A stretch of DNA of 64,000 nt, taken from positions 64,001 through 128,000 of the IMG/VR virus record IMGVR_UViG_3300031555_003522. The stretch is one strand, 5' to 3'. Under the pieces are notes generated by a model, which ran no database searches, had not been told where the DNA came from, and saw only the letters and a list, made by a program, of their open reading frames with translations. This document shows positions 10,048 to 20,227 of the stretch, piece by piece. Both the position numbers and the translations under genes were made by a program. Position 1 is the stretch's first letter. Each line of letters opens with the position of its first letter. This DNA is from a virus (Duplodnaviria; Caudoviricetes).

Positions 10048-10482
10048 ATGAAATCTTATATCAAATTATTTATTTTATTAATTCTTTTTATGGCATTTAT
10101 ATCTATTATACTTGTAGGAATTATGCTATTAGGAGAAGGAACAATGGATAGTACTTCATGGAGAAGTACATCTATTTATACCTGTTGTGTAACTAGTATT
10201 ATTCATTTTATAACAGATTGGATTTATAAAGAATCTAAGAATAAAAATAGTAAGATAAAAATAACTAAAAAAGTTATAAGTCTTACATTTTTAATCTCTA
10301 TGTATATTCAAATAATTAGTACAATTTATATATGCTTTGGAGCATGGAAATTGTTTGGATCAATACATCCAATAGAATATTTTTCTGTAGCGATATTCTT
10401 ATTGCTAAGTATATATTCTTTTAAAAGAGCTTCATATACATTAATTGGTAGGGGTGGAAAAAATAATGGAAAAGAAGAATAA
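10048..10482 (+). CDS. 4-TM membrane protein, hypothetical
   Basis: SD aggagg; hydrophobic segments. Confidence 0.7.
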   Translation: MKSYIKLFILLILFMAFISIILVGIMLLGEGTMDSTSWRSTSIYTCCVTSIIHFITDWIYKESKNKNSKIKITKKVISLTFLISMYIQIISTIYICFGAWKLFGSIHPIEYFSVAIFLLLSIYSFKRASYTLIGRGGKNNGKEE

Positions 10483-10921
10483 AAAGAAAAGATTTAAAAT
10501 ATGGCCAAATATGGTTGTTGTAGTAGATCCTAATAATGAAATGAAACAGGTAGACTATGGTCTAAATAAAGCTATAACTATTCGTAGAGTTAAATGGAGA
10601 CCATTTGGAAATTCTATGTGGGAGGTAGGAGATCCTGATGCTATTGGAGCTAATAAAGGTAAAACAACATTTCTCCCAGAAAAATATTTATACCCATTGG
10701 GTATAGTGGTTACAAGAATACCTGCAGATATGCCTATATTTAACGAAAAAGATTTACAAAATCTTAAAATGATTGTAAATCTTCTAGATGGTATTCCTGA
10801 TAATGTAATAAAAGCTTATCTTCCACAAGGATACTCTAAATTTGATAAAAAAGAGATATCCGATAGAGTGAAAGCTATATATTTAAAAATTAAACACTGT
10901 AAAGAGATGAGGGATATATAA
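10466..10921 (+). CDS. Hypothetical protein
   Basis: ORF track, operon context. Confidence 0.65.
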   Translation: MEKKNKKKRFKIWPNMVVVVDPNNEMKQVDYGLNKAITIRRVKWRPFGNSMWEVGDPDAIGANKGKTTFLPEKYLYPLGIVVTRIPADMPIFNEKDLQNLKMIVNLLDGIPDNVIKAYLPQGYSKFDKKEISDRVKAIYLKIKHCKEMRDI

Positions 10922-11196
10922 TGGCTGATAATGAAAATATCGAATTAGTAGAGCCAATCATTTTTTCAGATCCGTTAGAACAGTTCATATCGCGAAGATT
11001 AACAAAAATTCAATTGGTTGGTCTCCGTAAAATGAAAAGATTAACCCAGAAAGAGGTATCGGAAGCAACTGGATTATCCGTTCAGTGTATTTCAGATATA
11101 GAGAATGAAGATGGAGGTAACCCGACACTCAAGAGTATGATAAAATATCTTGATTGCTTGGGTTATGAAATGGTATTTCAGAAAAGGAGTGTATAA
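10921..11196 (+). CDS. XRE-family helix-turn-helix regulator
   Basis: LRKMKRLTQKEVSEATGLSVQCISDIEN...NPTL. Confidence 0.9.
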   Translation: MADNENIELVEPIIFSDPLEQFISRRLTKIQLVGLRKMKRLTQKEVSEATGLSVQCISDIENEDGGNPTLKSMIKYLDCLGYEMVFQKRSV

Positions 11197-11198
11197 TT

Positions 11199-11894
11199 AT
11201 GGCATTTCGATATAGAGCTACTAATGAAGCAGAGAGTTTGAATATCTACAATAAATCTTATAGAGCAATCTGTCCGGACTGTGGCAATGTAACCACATTT
11301 ATTGCTGATACAGAGATCATGCTTTATGATACTACCGAAGTTATGGATACTTTTGGCAGAGGTAAAACTCCACTTAGTAATCTTGATATAAATATAAGCC
11401 TTAATACTTTATGTAAATCTTGTAGAGATAAGAATGGAAATAAAGATAATTGTATTATAGAAAATATGGCTCTATATCGCCTTAGGTATGCTTTCCAGAG
11501 ATTATTAGATAAGAATGAAATTTGTGGTATGAGTAATTTTAATTTCTGTGAAATATCCGATAAGCCTACCATGATAGCAGGTAGACAGGTTATTACCTAT
11601 AGCATGCCATCGGCAAAATATCTGATACCTAAGGATAAAAAGTCTATGGTAAATTCTATGCTGTCCACATTTATGATAGATGGAAGAATGACAGTGGGTA
11701 TCCATGTAGTGATGAATATAGAAGAGGAAGATACCAATTATACCTACTATGCTATTAGATTTTATATAGATGAATCTATGGTATCCATGATCTACGATCC
11801 TGGTATTTATCACGATTATAAAGAATTTGTTGATAATCTATTTATTGAAAAATTGGATACTTTGGCTAGGATGATCGAAGAGGCTACTCCTTAA
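11199..11894 (+). CDS. Zn-ribbon family protein
   Basis: CPDCG...CKSC. Confidence 0.7.
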   Translation: MAFRYRATNEAESLNIYNKSYRAICPDCGNVTTFIADTEIMLYDTTEVMDTFGRGKTPLSNLDINISLNTLCKSCRDKNGNKDNCIIENMALYRLRYAFQRLLDKNEICGMSNFNFCEISDKPTMIAGRQVITYSMPSAKYLIPKDKKSMVNSMLSTFMIDGRMTVGIHVVMNIEEEDTNYTYYAIRFYIDESMVSMIYDPGIYHDYKEFVDNLFIEKLDTLARMIEEATP

Positions 11895-11941
11895 ATTCTA
11901 TTCTAAAGAGATATTATAGAACTGAAAGGAGGAAGATTTCT

Positions 11942-12991
11942 ATGGCTTCCAAAGCATCTTCTGAAGCCTTCGAAGCACTTAAACATTATCTTATTAATGA
12001 GCATAATGCTAAGACTGCTAGTGGCGGTAAAGAAGTAGTAAAACGTTGTCATTTCTGTGGAGATTCTAGAGATCCTACCTCTAGACATCTTTATATAGGT
12101 CTCACATCAGATGGTGTAATCAAATTCAATTGCTTCAAATGTAATTCCGGAGGTGTTGTTGATGGTAAATTCCTTAGAGATATGGGATGCTATGATACAA
12201 ACCTCATAATACTTTGTAATGAGCTAAATCAGAAAAATTCTAGTTCTAATCCCTCCCGTTCAGGTAAATATAGGAGAGAAATAATGCAAAACACTCCTCA
12301 TTTCTTTACAAGAGATGATGAGTTTACAAAAAAGAAATTAGCATATATATCTAAAAGAATGGGAATAGAGTTTACTGTACAAATGTGTGCTCAATTTAAA
12401 ATCATTCTCAATCTTAAAGATTTCTTAATGACTAATAATATTACTCAATATACTAGAAGTCCTAATCTTATAGATGAACTTGATAAATTCTTTATCGGGT
12501 TTTTATCTATGGATAATTGTTATATTACAATGAGACGACTAGTACCTGAAGGGAAGGTATCTAAATATATCGATACTAGATATGTCAACTACAATATTTA
12601 TGGTATGACAGATAATAGTATGAGATATTATACTATACCTACCCTAGTCAATCCTATACTACCTTTAGATATTCATATTGCTGAGGGCGCTTTTGATGTA
12701 TTGTCTATATATCTTAATCTACCTCATGTAAGTGAGAATAGCATCTATGCATCTATTGGAGGAAAATCTTATGCAGCTCTTGTTAGATTCTTTATCATAA
12801 ATTATGGATTTACAGGATTTAATCTGCATCTGTATCCAGATGCTGATATTGGACTAAATAAGATGCAAGCTATAAGAGAAGAATTAAGACCATTCAATAT
12901 AACAGTATATGTTCACTCTAATATGTCTCCTGGGGAAAAGGATTATGGTGTATCTAGGGATAGAATTATAGACAGTGTCACAAGAATTTGA
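11942..12991 (+). CDS. DNA primase (Zn-binding + Toprim)
   Basis: CHFCGD...CFKC zinc domain; AEGAFD and YPDAD Toprim motifs; early promoter 11910-11925. Confidence 0.8.
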   Translation: MASKASSEAFEALKHYLINEHNAKTASGGKEVVKRCHFCGDSRDPTSRHLYIGLTSDGVIKFNCFKCNSGGVVDGKFLRDMGCYDTNLIILCNELNQKNSSSNPSRSGKYRREIMQNTPHFFTRDDEFTKKKLAYISKRMGIEFTVQMCAQFKIILNLKDFLMTNNITQYTRSPNLIDELDKFFIGFLSMDNCYITMRRLVPEGKVSKYIDTRYVNYNIYGMTDNSMRYYTIPTLVNPILPLDIHIAEGAFDVLSIYLNLPHVSENSIYASIGGKSYAALVRFFIINYGFTGFNLHLYPDADIGLNKMQAIREELRPFNITVYVHSNMSPGEKDYGVSRDRIIDSVTRI

Positions 12992-13000
12992 GGTGAAGTT

Positions 13001-13306
13001 ATGACTACGAATGGAATAATTAATGATGAAATTGCTAGAAATTTTAGAAGAATAATAAATGATAGAATGGCTAATTATAAAAATGTAGTTATGGAGCGAC
13101 GTGCCAATTGTATTAGTTTTATAGAAGTATCAGACCAGCAATATAGAAGACCTATTTGTAAAATTATTGTGCGTGAAGATCACTATGCTTTAGTTGGGTC
13201 TATAGATAAAGGTATTATACATGTACCTGCTAGAAATTATATACTGGATAGGTTTAGAATACACAGATGGCTTCATAAAATTATAAAAAACTATAGAAGA
13301 TGGTGA
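13001..13306 (+). CDS. Hypothetical protein
   Basis: SD gaggtg; followed by terminator. Confidence 0.65.
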   Translation: MTTNGIINDEIARNFRRIINDRMANYKNVVMERRANCISFIEVSDQQYRRPICKIIVREDHYALVGSIDKGIIHVPARNYILDRFRIHRWLHKIIKNYRRW

Positions 13307-13393
13307 TTAATCACCATCTTCTTTTTTTGTTATTTGGGTCATTTCTATCTAACCTAACATTATACTAATTATAGGAAAGGAGCGCAAATCTCT

Positions 13394-13534
13394 ATGAATG
13401 ATGTTGAAAAGCTGTATCTCGAGCAGATGCAGAATGAAGGATATCAACGACTTGTACATGATGATTTTGGCTTTGTTGATAATATGATTGATCAGAATGA
13501 TCTTAATAAAATAAATGATAAGGAGAATAATTGA
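13394..13534 (+). CDS. 46-aa small protein MNDVEKLYLEQMQNEG... (absent from ORF track)
   Basis: Promoter 13356-13367, SD aggaaaggag, stop 1 nt before next ATG. Confidence 0.6.
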   Translation: MNDVEKLYLEQMQNEGYQRLVHDDFGFVDNMIDQNDLNKINDKENN

Positions 13535-13535
13535 T

Positions 13536-14183
13536 ATGCCGTCTATGACTAAGCGTGTTAATATTACCACAACTATACCTGTACGTACTATTACCCCTCC
13601 TCTGAGTGGTACTTATAAAGGCATTATTATGTCTACAGGAGATATTCTAAAGTGTATTTCTCGTCGCGCTATTGTGGATGAGATTCTTCCTAATGGCACT
13701 ACTGTTCGTCTGACTATGCGTAATTACTATACCGATAATGGTGCTGGTCTGGATGCCGCGGAACGTGCTGCATCTTCCAAGATTGTAGATGAAAAACAGG
13801 TTGAACCACCCAAGAATGAGGAAGAAACTTCTCCTGCTAAGGAAGAGAATAAGGCTCCGGAAGTGCCTGTAGAACCCGATGTTACTTCCAATGATGAAAC
13901 AGCTACTGCCGCTGAGGAAGAAACTAAGGTAAACGAAGCTCCGGTGGTGGAGACAGAAAAGACCAATGAAGAAGAGCCTGAAGCTGGTGTGGAACCTGCT
14001 GTTAATGTAGCGGTTGCTCAGGTTGAAGAAGAGCATCATGAAGAAAATTCTAATGATGAGCCTCCTGTTGATAGTGAACTCGATGAATCTAAATCTACTA
14101 AGAAGACTAGTAGCAAGAAGGGTTCTAAGAAGAATACTGCTAAGAAGGCCGAAAGTACTTCTGAAAGCGAGTCTGCTGAATAA
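13536..14183 (+). CDS. Hypothetical protein with acidic/low-complexity tail
   Basis: SD aaggag; globular N-terminus followed by E/P-rich then K-rich tail. Confidence 0.75.
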   Translation: MPSMTKRVNITTTIPVRTITPPLSGTYKGIIMSTGDILKCISRRAIVDEILPNGTTVRLTMRNYYTDNGAGLDAAERAASSKIVDEKQVEPPKNEEETSPAKEENKAPEVPVEPDVTSNDETATAAEEETKVNEAPVVETEKTNEEEPEAGVEPAVNVAVAQVEEEHHEENSNDEPPVDSELDESKSTKKTSSKKGSKKNTAKKAESTSESESAE

Positions 14184-14268
14184 TATGAAAGACCAGAAGA
14201 TGAATCCCTCTGGTCTGTTTTTTTTCAAAAACTATATAATAAGAAATTTATAAGGGGGAAAATACTCT

Positions 14269-14838
14269 ATGATATATTCTTTGAATGAGGGTTTCTTTGA
14301 TAAGAAGCCTAATAAATTTGCTATGAGTAATCCTAAAGAAACAGAAGATGCTATTAAAGCAGTTCTTAAATATTATGAGGACTCTATTAAGTATATTAAT
14401 AAGATTGCCGCTCTGGTCAGTAAAGAAGATTATTTTGATACTGATGATGATAAAATGGCTGATTATATGACAGAATTGGGTAAGATTGAGGAAAAGCTGA
14501 AAGATATTCCTGCTAAAGCCAGAAGGGCTCAGTATCAGTTACTGAAAGCGTATGCTACTAAGGAATATAATGAAGCGGATATTCCTGAAGGGGCATCTAA
14601 AGAATATAGAGCTCTCCACAAGAAAGTGTGTAAAAATGGAGAGTTTGTTAAAGCATTTATGCAGCACTCTAGAACTCTGTACAAACATGCAGATAGATAC
14701 GACTCTTACAGAAAGAGAGATATGAATACTATTCATAAGAATGCTTGTGAGCAATATGGTGGAATGGTTGGTATACTTATCGGTAGCATCCCTTTCTTTA
14801 ATCCATTTAAAAAGTTGCCAGAGGGTGCTAGGGATTAA
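14269..14838 (+). CDS. Hypothetical, likely virion internal protein (MIYSLNEG leader)
   Basis: Late promoter 14230-14241; leader motif. Confidence 0.7.
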   Translation: MIYSLNEGFFDKKPNKFAMSNPKETEDAIKAVLKYYEDSIKYINKIAALVSKEDYFDTDDDKMADYMTELGKIEEKLKDIPAKARRAQYQLLKAYATKEYNEADIPEGASKEYRALHKKVCKNGEFVKAFMQHSRTLYKHADRYDSYRKRDMNTIHKNACEQYGGMVGILIGSIPFFNPFKKLPEGARD

Positions 14839-14936
14839 TTTATTACTGAGGTTGGATTTATATCCAACCTCTTATTTTTTAACCACTTATATTATCCTCA
14901 ACGATTTATTAAAATAATTAGAAGGAGTATCTATAT

Positions 14937-15344
14937 ATGAGATCAATGTGCGAAATAGACGGGTTCACTTTATCTGATTCTATTGCAAAGCTAATAGATA
15001 TAGAAAAAGTTACTTCTATAAAAAATTGGAATGGATACAATGCTGATCCAATTTCTAAAGAAGTTTTTAATAAAACTAGAGATATATTATTGAGAGTCAT
15101 AAATCAACCTTTTATAGCTCCTACAGCAAATAATTCTATTCAATTGGAATATCATAATGATGATGGTGCTTATCTAGAATTTGAAGTATTTGCGGATTCT
15201 GTAAAAATATTCTTTCTTCATGGAGCATCATATACTAAACCTTTAACAAATTTGAGTGATATAAATCTCATGATAATAGATTTTTTATATGGAAATTATA
15301 ATTCTATAATTAATATGGAGGGTAATAAAGATGAATGCAACTAA
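14937..15344 (+). CDS. Hypothetical protein (NWNGYNADPI motif)
   Basis: SD aaggag; ORF track. Confidence 0.65.
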   Translation: MRSMCEIDGFTLSDSIAKLIDIEKVTSIKNWNGYNADPISKEVFNKTRDILLRVINQPFIAPTANNSIQLEYHNDDGAYLEFEVFADSVKIFFLHGASYTKPLTNLSDINLMIIDFLYGNYNSIINMEGNKDECN

Positions 15345-16473
15345 AATTTGTATTTATGCTATATGTAAAGATGAAGTAGAGTATATAGATAAATGGATAG
15401 AATCCATGAGTGAGGCTGATTATATAGTGGTTCTAGATACGGGATCTACAGATGGTACATATGAAAAGTTTGTAGAACTAGCAAAAAATAATCCAAAACT
15501 AATTGTTGATCAGAAAATTATAAGACCTTGGAGATTCGATGTAGCAAGAAATGAAGGAATGAAGCTTATTCCTGAAGATGCTAATGTACTTTTTAGTACT
15601 GATTTGGATGAGCTTCTAGAACCAGGTTGGTCTAATGTAATAAAACTCAAATGGAGAGTTGGAGTTCATCAAGAAGGTATTTATAAATATATATGGTCTC
15701 ATGGGCCAAATGGAGAACCGGGGCGTGTTTTCCATTATAATAAAATGCATTGCCCTGGATGGGAATGGAAGTATCCTGTACATGAAATGCTTGTAAAGAA
15801 ACCAGAGTTAGCGTCTAAGCATGTAGGCCAAGATGATACTACTTGTTATATGTTTGATGAGATAACTCTTCATCACTATCCTAAAACAAAAACTACTAGA
15901 AGTTCTTATCTTCCACTTCTTAAACTCAGGAAGCAGGAGAATACAGACGATTATTATGGTCTAATTTATCTTGCTCATGAATATATGTATAGAGGAGAAT
16001 ATCAAAATTCTATTAATGAGCTTAAATTTATTTTGGAGAATTATAATGATAAATACAATTCTCTAGAACAAACAAGCTGCTATTTATTTATGGGAGACTC
16101 CTATATGGCTTTAGAAAAACACATTGATGCTCTAGAATCATATAGAAAAGGTGTTGAACTGGAACCCAGCTATAGAGAATGCTATCTGGGTGCAGCTAAA
16201 GCTCTAATGGCAATGAAGAGATGGGGTACCGCCGAAAGTTTTATCATAGAGGGTCTTACTAAATCTTGGAGGCATTATACTTGGCTAGAAAGAGATACCA
16301 GTTGGAGAGAAGAACCTTATGATCTTCTTAGTCTTGCGGCATATTATGGAGGAAAAAAGAAAGATGCTCTTGCTTATGCTGTAAAGGCATGTAGCCTTAA
16401 TACTACAGATGATAGACTTCAAGATAATGTAAAACTTATTCTAGAGAATATGGAAAATACAGACTTCTTCTAA
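15331..16473 (+). CDS. GT2-family glycosyltransferase with C-terminal TPRs
   Basis: YAICKDE, VLDTGSTDGT, FDVARN, DLDE, VHE motifs; TPR-like helices. Confidence 0.9.
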   Translation: MNATKICIYAICKDEVEYIDKWIESMSEADYIVVLDTGSTDGTYEKFVELAKNNPKLIVDQKIIRPWRFDVARNEGMKLIPEDANVLFSTDLDELLEPGWSNVIKLKWRVGVHQEGIYKYIWSHGPNGEPGRVFHYNKMHCPGWEWKYPVHEMLVKKPELASKHVGQDDTTCYMFDEITLHHYPKTKTTRSSYLPLLKLRKQENTDDYYGLIYLAHEYMYRGEYQNSINELKFILENYNDKYNSLEQTSCYLFMGDSYMALEKHIDALESYRKGVELEPSYRECYLGAAKALMAMKRWGTAESFIIEGLTKSWRHYTWLERDTSWREEPYDLLSLAAYYGGKKKDALAYAVKACSLNTTDDRLQDNVKLILENMENTDFF

Positions 16474-16521
16474 AAAAAAAAATAAACCCAAGGAGATTTT
16501 CTCTCCTTGGGTTGTTTTTAT

Positions 16522-17361
16522 TTAGATAAGATTTACATTAGAGAAGATTCCACAACTTTCATGATTAAATGATTTAAGAAGATCTTCTAAAGCCTTTCTG
16601 TTCTCTTCTTGCTTTTTATCTATATCGCTGTCTTTATTCTGTTGTCTTATTCTAGATAAAGTGGCATCAATTTCTTTCATACGCTCATTATGATCAGATA
16701 TAAATTTATTTCTTGCAGCTTGAACTTCTTTTAATTTATTCTCTAAAGAAGCAGTAAAATCATTACCTTCTTCTAGTAAATAAACAATCGATCCTTCTTT
16801 GAGTAAATTAAGCTTTTTAAGATTCTTATCGCTAGTACTTATGGCAGTAATAGACATGCTAAGACCACTATAATTACTTGCTATACCATTACTAGTAGTA
16901 TATCCAACAGACATATCACATATAGCTATAACGTCATCAGATATTTGCTTATACATATGAAATCCTTTAAAAAAGTCTTTAAATGCACTACCAGAAGATG
17001 GCATGGGCTTAAATCCATGAGAAGCTATAATTCTCCCTATATCATTAGCTAAGTCTCTAGGTGTGGTAAAATTGATATTGATATAATTTATAGCTCTGGT
17101 ACTCATATCAAACTTAGGACCAGAAGATTTAATTTTCTTCTTAAGTTTGTCCATACTTTTGATATATCCATTCACATCCTTTACAAGAACATGCTGTCTC
17201 TTGAAAAGTGAATAATGATTAGAAAGATTATCGAAATACTTACGCATATCTTCATAGATATCAAGTGCAAGTTTCTCTACATCTTTATATTCTTCGGCCT
17301 TATCAAAGCCAAATTCCATAATAATATCAATGGTAGTAGCTTCATTAATAGAATAAATCAT
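16522..17361 (-). CDS. Hypothetical, likely virion internal protein (MIYSINEA leader)
   Basis: Promoter AACG-N6-TA at 17387-17398 (-); leader motif. Confidence 0.7.
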   Translation of the reverse strand: MIYSINEATTIDIIMEFGFDKAEEYKDVEKLALDIYEDMRKYFDNLSNHYSLFKRQHVLVKDVNGYIKSMDKLKKKIKSSGPKFDMSTRAINYININFTTPRDLANDIGRIIASHGFKPMPSSGSAFKDFFKGFHMYKQISDDVIAICDMSVGYTTSNGIASNYSGLSMSITAISTSDKNLKKLNLLKEGSIVYLLEEGNDFTASLENKLKEVQAARNKFISDHNERMKEIDATLSRIRQQNKDSDIDKKQEENRKALEDLLKSFNHESCGIFSNVNLI

Positions 17362-17502
17362 TTATATTTCTCCTTTCGAGTTTCTTTATTATTTCGTTTT
17401 TTTTTTTGCGATAAAAGTGATCTAAAAGTGACATTTTTGACTATCAAATAGAATGAGTAGTATTTCAACTTATTAATAATTGACTGATTGGAGGTATCGG
17501 TA

Positions 17503-18711
17503 ATGGGTAAGTTTACTGATGTTAAGTATACAAGTACGGTTGATAATCTTGTCAATGCGACTAAATCTAAAATAGATAATCCATATTATATTTTTAGTAA
17601 TCAGAGTCCTACTAAGGTTACTTATTATGCTCAAAATATTGAGCAATCTACATTAGATGAAGCTTCCGGATTGTACGGAGCTCATGTTGGAAAGAATTCT
17701 CCCTTTAAATTCAATAAAATTCTTGGATTCCTTCTTTATGGAATTGAAAGAATCAATGTAGATTATGAAGTTGGAGATTATGGTACAGAAGCTAATCCTA
17801 TAGATGGAGAGGCTATTCTTCTTCCGAATACCATTACCCCTAGAGTAGGAGACTTTTTCTATATCGATTATATAAAAGAGCCTGTTCTCTTTAAAGTTAA
17901 CTCTGTTACTACAGATACTCTTGATACTGGTGCCAATTTATATAAAGTAAATTATACTCTTGAACTTACTAATGCTATTAATCAAATAGAAGCACAAGTA
18001 GAGAAGAAGTATAATTTCTTAACCACTAATGTAGGTACAGACTTTAAAACTATTATTCAAGATTGCGATTTCGATCTTGTAGAAAAATTAGAGGCTCTTG
18101 TAGAAGATCTTATTACTTATTTTGAAAATATCTTCTTTGATTCTAGGCTTCAGACTTTTGTATTTAATCATGATGGATGGAATATGTATGATCCTTTTAT
18201 GATTGAATTCTTTATAAGAAATAAGATTATGAGTTATGGGGATAGGTATATATTTGTCGATCATGCCACATCTGTTCATAAAACATTTGCTATGGATTAT
18301 TCTAGATCTTTCTTCAGATCTTTAGAAGATAGAGATATTGAAAGACTACAAGCTAATTTTACAGCAACTGCAGATATGATCACAGATCCCAATTCTTTAT
18401 TCTATACTAGATTAGAGAAATACTATTCTATTAATCATGCTAGTAAAGATCTTATTAAGTCTAGGCTTAGTACATTTGATCCTGAAGTAATTTTTGCTAT
18501 TAAGAAGAATGAATACTTTGATAAGAATAGTAATAAGAGTCACTATAATCTTTGGATAGCCTATTTCAATACAGATAATGATTGGATTAGGGATAATTTG
18601 CTAGATAGTATTAGGTCTATTGATTACATGAATAATCTTGATCACTTCTATGCTCTTGCTATATCTATCTTTATTATCGAAAGATATATCGAAATGCTTA
18701 TAAAGAAATAA
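17503..18711 (+). CDS. Putative virion structural protein
   Basis: Late promoter 17467-17478, SD ggaggt; the structural call is inferred. Confidence 0.55.
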   Translation: MGKFTDVKYTSTVDNLVNATKSKIDNPYYIFSNQSPTKVTYYAQNIEQSTLDEASGLYGAHVGKNSPFKFNKILGFLLYGIERINVDYEVGDYGTEANPIDGEAILLPNTITPRVGDFFYIDYIKEPVLFKVNSVTTDTLDTGANLYKVNYTLELTNAINQIEAQVEKKYNFLTTNVGTDFKTIIQDCDFDLVEKLEALVEDLITYFENIFFDSRLQTFVFNHDGWNMYDPFMIEFFIRNKIMSYGDRYIFVDHATSVHKTFAMDYSRSFFRSLEDRDIERLQANFTATADMITDPNSLFYTRLEKYYSINHASKDLIKSRLSTFDPEVIFAIKKNEYFDKNSNKSHYNLWIAYFNTDNDWIRDNLLDSIRSIDYMNNLDHFYALAISIFIIERYIEMLIKK

Positions 18712-18757
18712 GAAATGCCGTACAGGATATTTCCTGTACGGCATATATTTATTGAAA

Positions 18758-19429
18758 TTAGTCCTTATCGTAATCACTCTTATTACTATATTTCTTAATG
18801 CTTTCTTCAAGACGGTCAGCCTCGGCATTATATCTATCTTTAAGCTTCTTATCCTCAGTCTTCTTAGCAAGACGACGGAGATCAGATACAATGGTTTCGG
18901 CGTCTTCTTTAATAGCATTAAATTCAATAGTATCCCAAAGAAAACGGAAAAGGCGGCTTATAATGAAACTTACAACAGCGGAGGCAATAGCACTAAGAAG
19001 AGCTACAGGATTTCCTCCTATAAGCATAGGAACAACAGCACCGCCAACAACGCTGATAGGTCCAGTAATAGAGCCAATGTCTTCCAAAACCTGACAGATA
19101 CGCTTACAGGCATGCATAAAGCCCTTATGACCAGTTTTGAGCTTATCTTCATCTAAGTCATTGGCTTTAATAATATCGCGCAGATCTTTCTTTAGACCCT
19201 TATAGTCCTTACCTTCCTTCATAAAGTTCTTAAGAGCTAAATCAAATTTTGCACCCTCAAGAATTGCGGAAGAACGAATCAGATCCTCATTACCAAAGCA
19301 TTCTGCAATCATCTGCTCTGTAATGAAGATATCACAGTCCTTTACGTAAGTACCTTCCTCGTAAATAGCACCATAAGTCTTCGGTTCATTTACAGGGGGG
19401 GTTACGCTTTCATTAATTCTAAAAATCAT
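18758..19429 (-). CDS. Putative virion protein with hydrophobic hairpin (MIFRINES leader), paralog of 9381-9938
   Basis: Shared EGAKFD core; promoter 19471-19482 (-). Confidence 0.75.
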   Translation of the reverse strand: MIFRINESVTPPVNEPKTYGAIYEEGTYVKDCDIFITEQMIAECFGNEDLIRSSAILEGAKFDLALKNFMKEGKDYKGLKKDLRDIIKANDLDEDKLKTGHKGFMHACKRICQVLEDIGSITGPISVVGGAVVPMLIGGNPVALLSAIASAVVSFIISRLFRFLWDTIEFNAIKEDAETIVSDLRRLAKKTEDKKLKDRYNAEADRLEESIKKYSNKSDYDKD

Positions 19430-19525
19430 AGCATAAACCATCCTTTTATTATATTTTATGCGTAATGCATTATTAAAAAGTTCACTCATATCAAAGCAAT
19501 ACAAAAAGAAAAACAATTTTTATTA

Positions 19526-19541
19526 CATATTATACTTGTGA
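19526..19541 (+). promoter_or_regulatory. Early-type phage promoter (C/T)ATATTAT-N5-TGA
   Basis: CATATTAT acttg TGA; same spacing at 21053, 37531, 40683, 46712, 55168, 58916, 63060. Confidence 0.7.
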
Positions 19542-19566
19542 ATATAAAATAAAGGAGGAAGTTATT

Positions 19567-20226
19567 ATGTCAACAACAAAACTAGTTTATATGTGTCCTA
19601 TATGTAGAAACAGAGTTGAATATAACATAAGCTCTGTTACTATGTATACACATGAAAATAAACTGATTGATGGGGCTCTTGAAGAAATTGAAATAGAGCA
19701 ACCAATTAATACAGCAGCTATTGTTACAACAATAAATCCATTAAAATGCGCCCATTTGAAGAATACAGATAAGTCTCATTCGCCTTATAAAATGATAGCA
19801 GTTCCAGAATGGACACCTACTTTGGTAGATAAGATTGTTAAGATATTTCCAGATATCTACAATATTAGTTTACCTATGTTTACGGTATGGGGAGATGATG
19901 GTAAAGATTCTACATGTAGCCTCCGGCTTTGTTTCAGTACGAATGATACCATTTCTGCCACTAGATTTATCGATATAGCTAAAGCTATACTAGATAAAAA
20001 TATAAACGGATATAAATCTACAGCAAAAATAAAAATAGGTCATGCGATATTTCCAGCATCTAATGATAAAGGTGATACTATTAAAAAGAACGTAATTATG
20101 ATTTTCGCTCCTAGTATAGATTTTATGAAATCTAATAAAGGAAGAGCACTTGGCTTCTGTAATTTTATAGAGAACATAATTTATCAATTTAACAATTATG
20201 ATCAGATTACAATTGGAGGGGTATAA
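19567..20226 (+). CDS. Zn-ribbon family protein
   Basis: CPIC...CAH. Confidence 0.7.
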   Translation: MSTTKLVYMCPICRNRVEYNISSVTMYTHENKLIDGALEEIEIEQPINTAAIVTTINPLKCAHLKNTDKSHSPYKMIAVPEWTPTLVDKIVKIFPDIYNISLPMFTVWGDDGKDSTCSLRLCFSTNDTISATRFIDIAKAILDKNINGYKSTAKIKIGHAIFPASNDKGDTIKKNVIMIFAPSIDFMKSNKGRALGFCNFIENIIYQFNNYDQITIGGV

Positions 20227-20227
20227 A

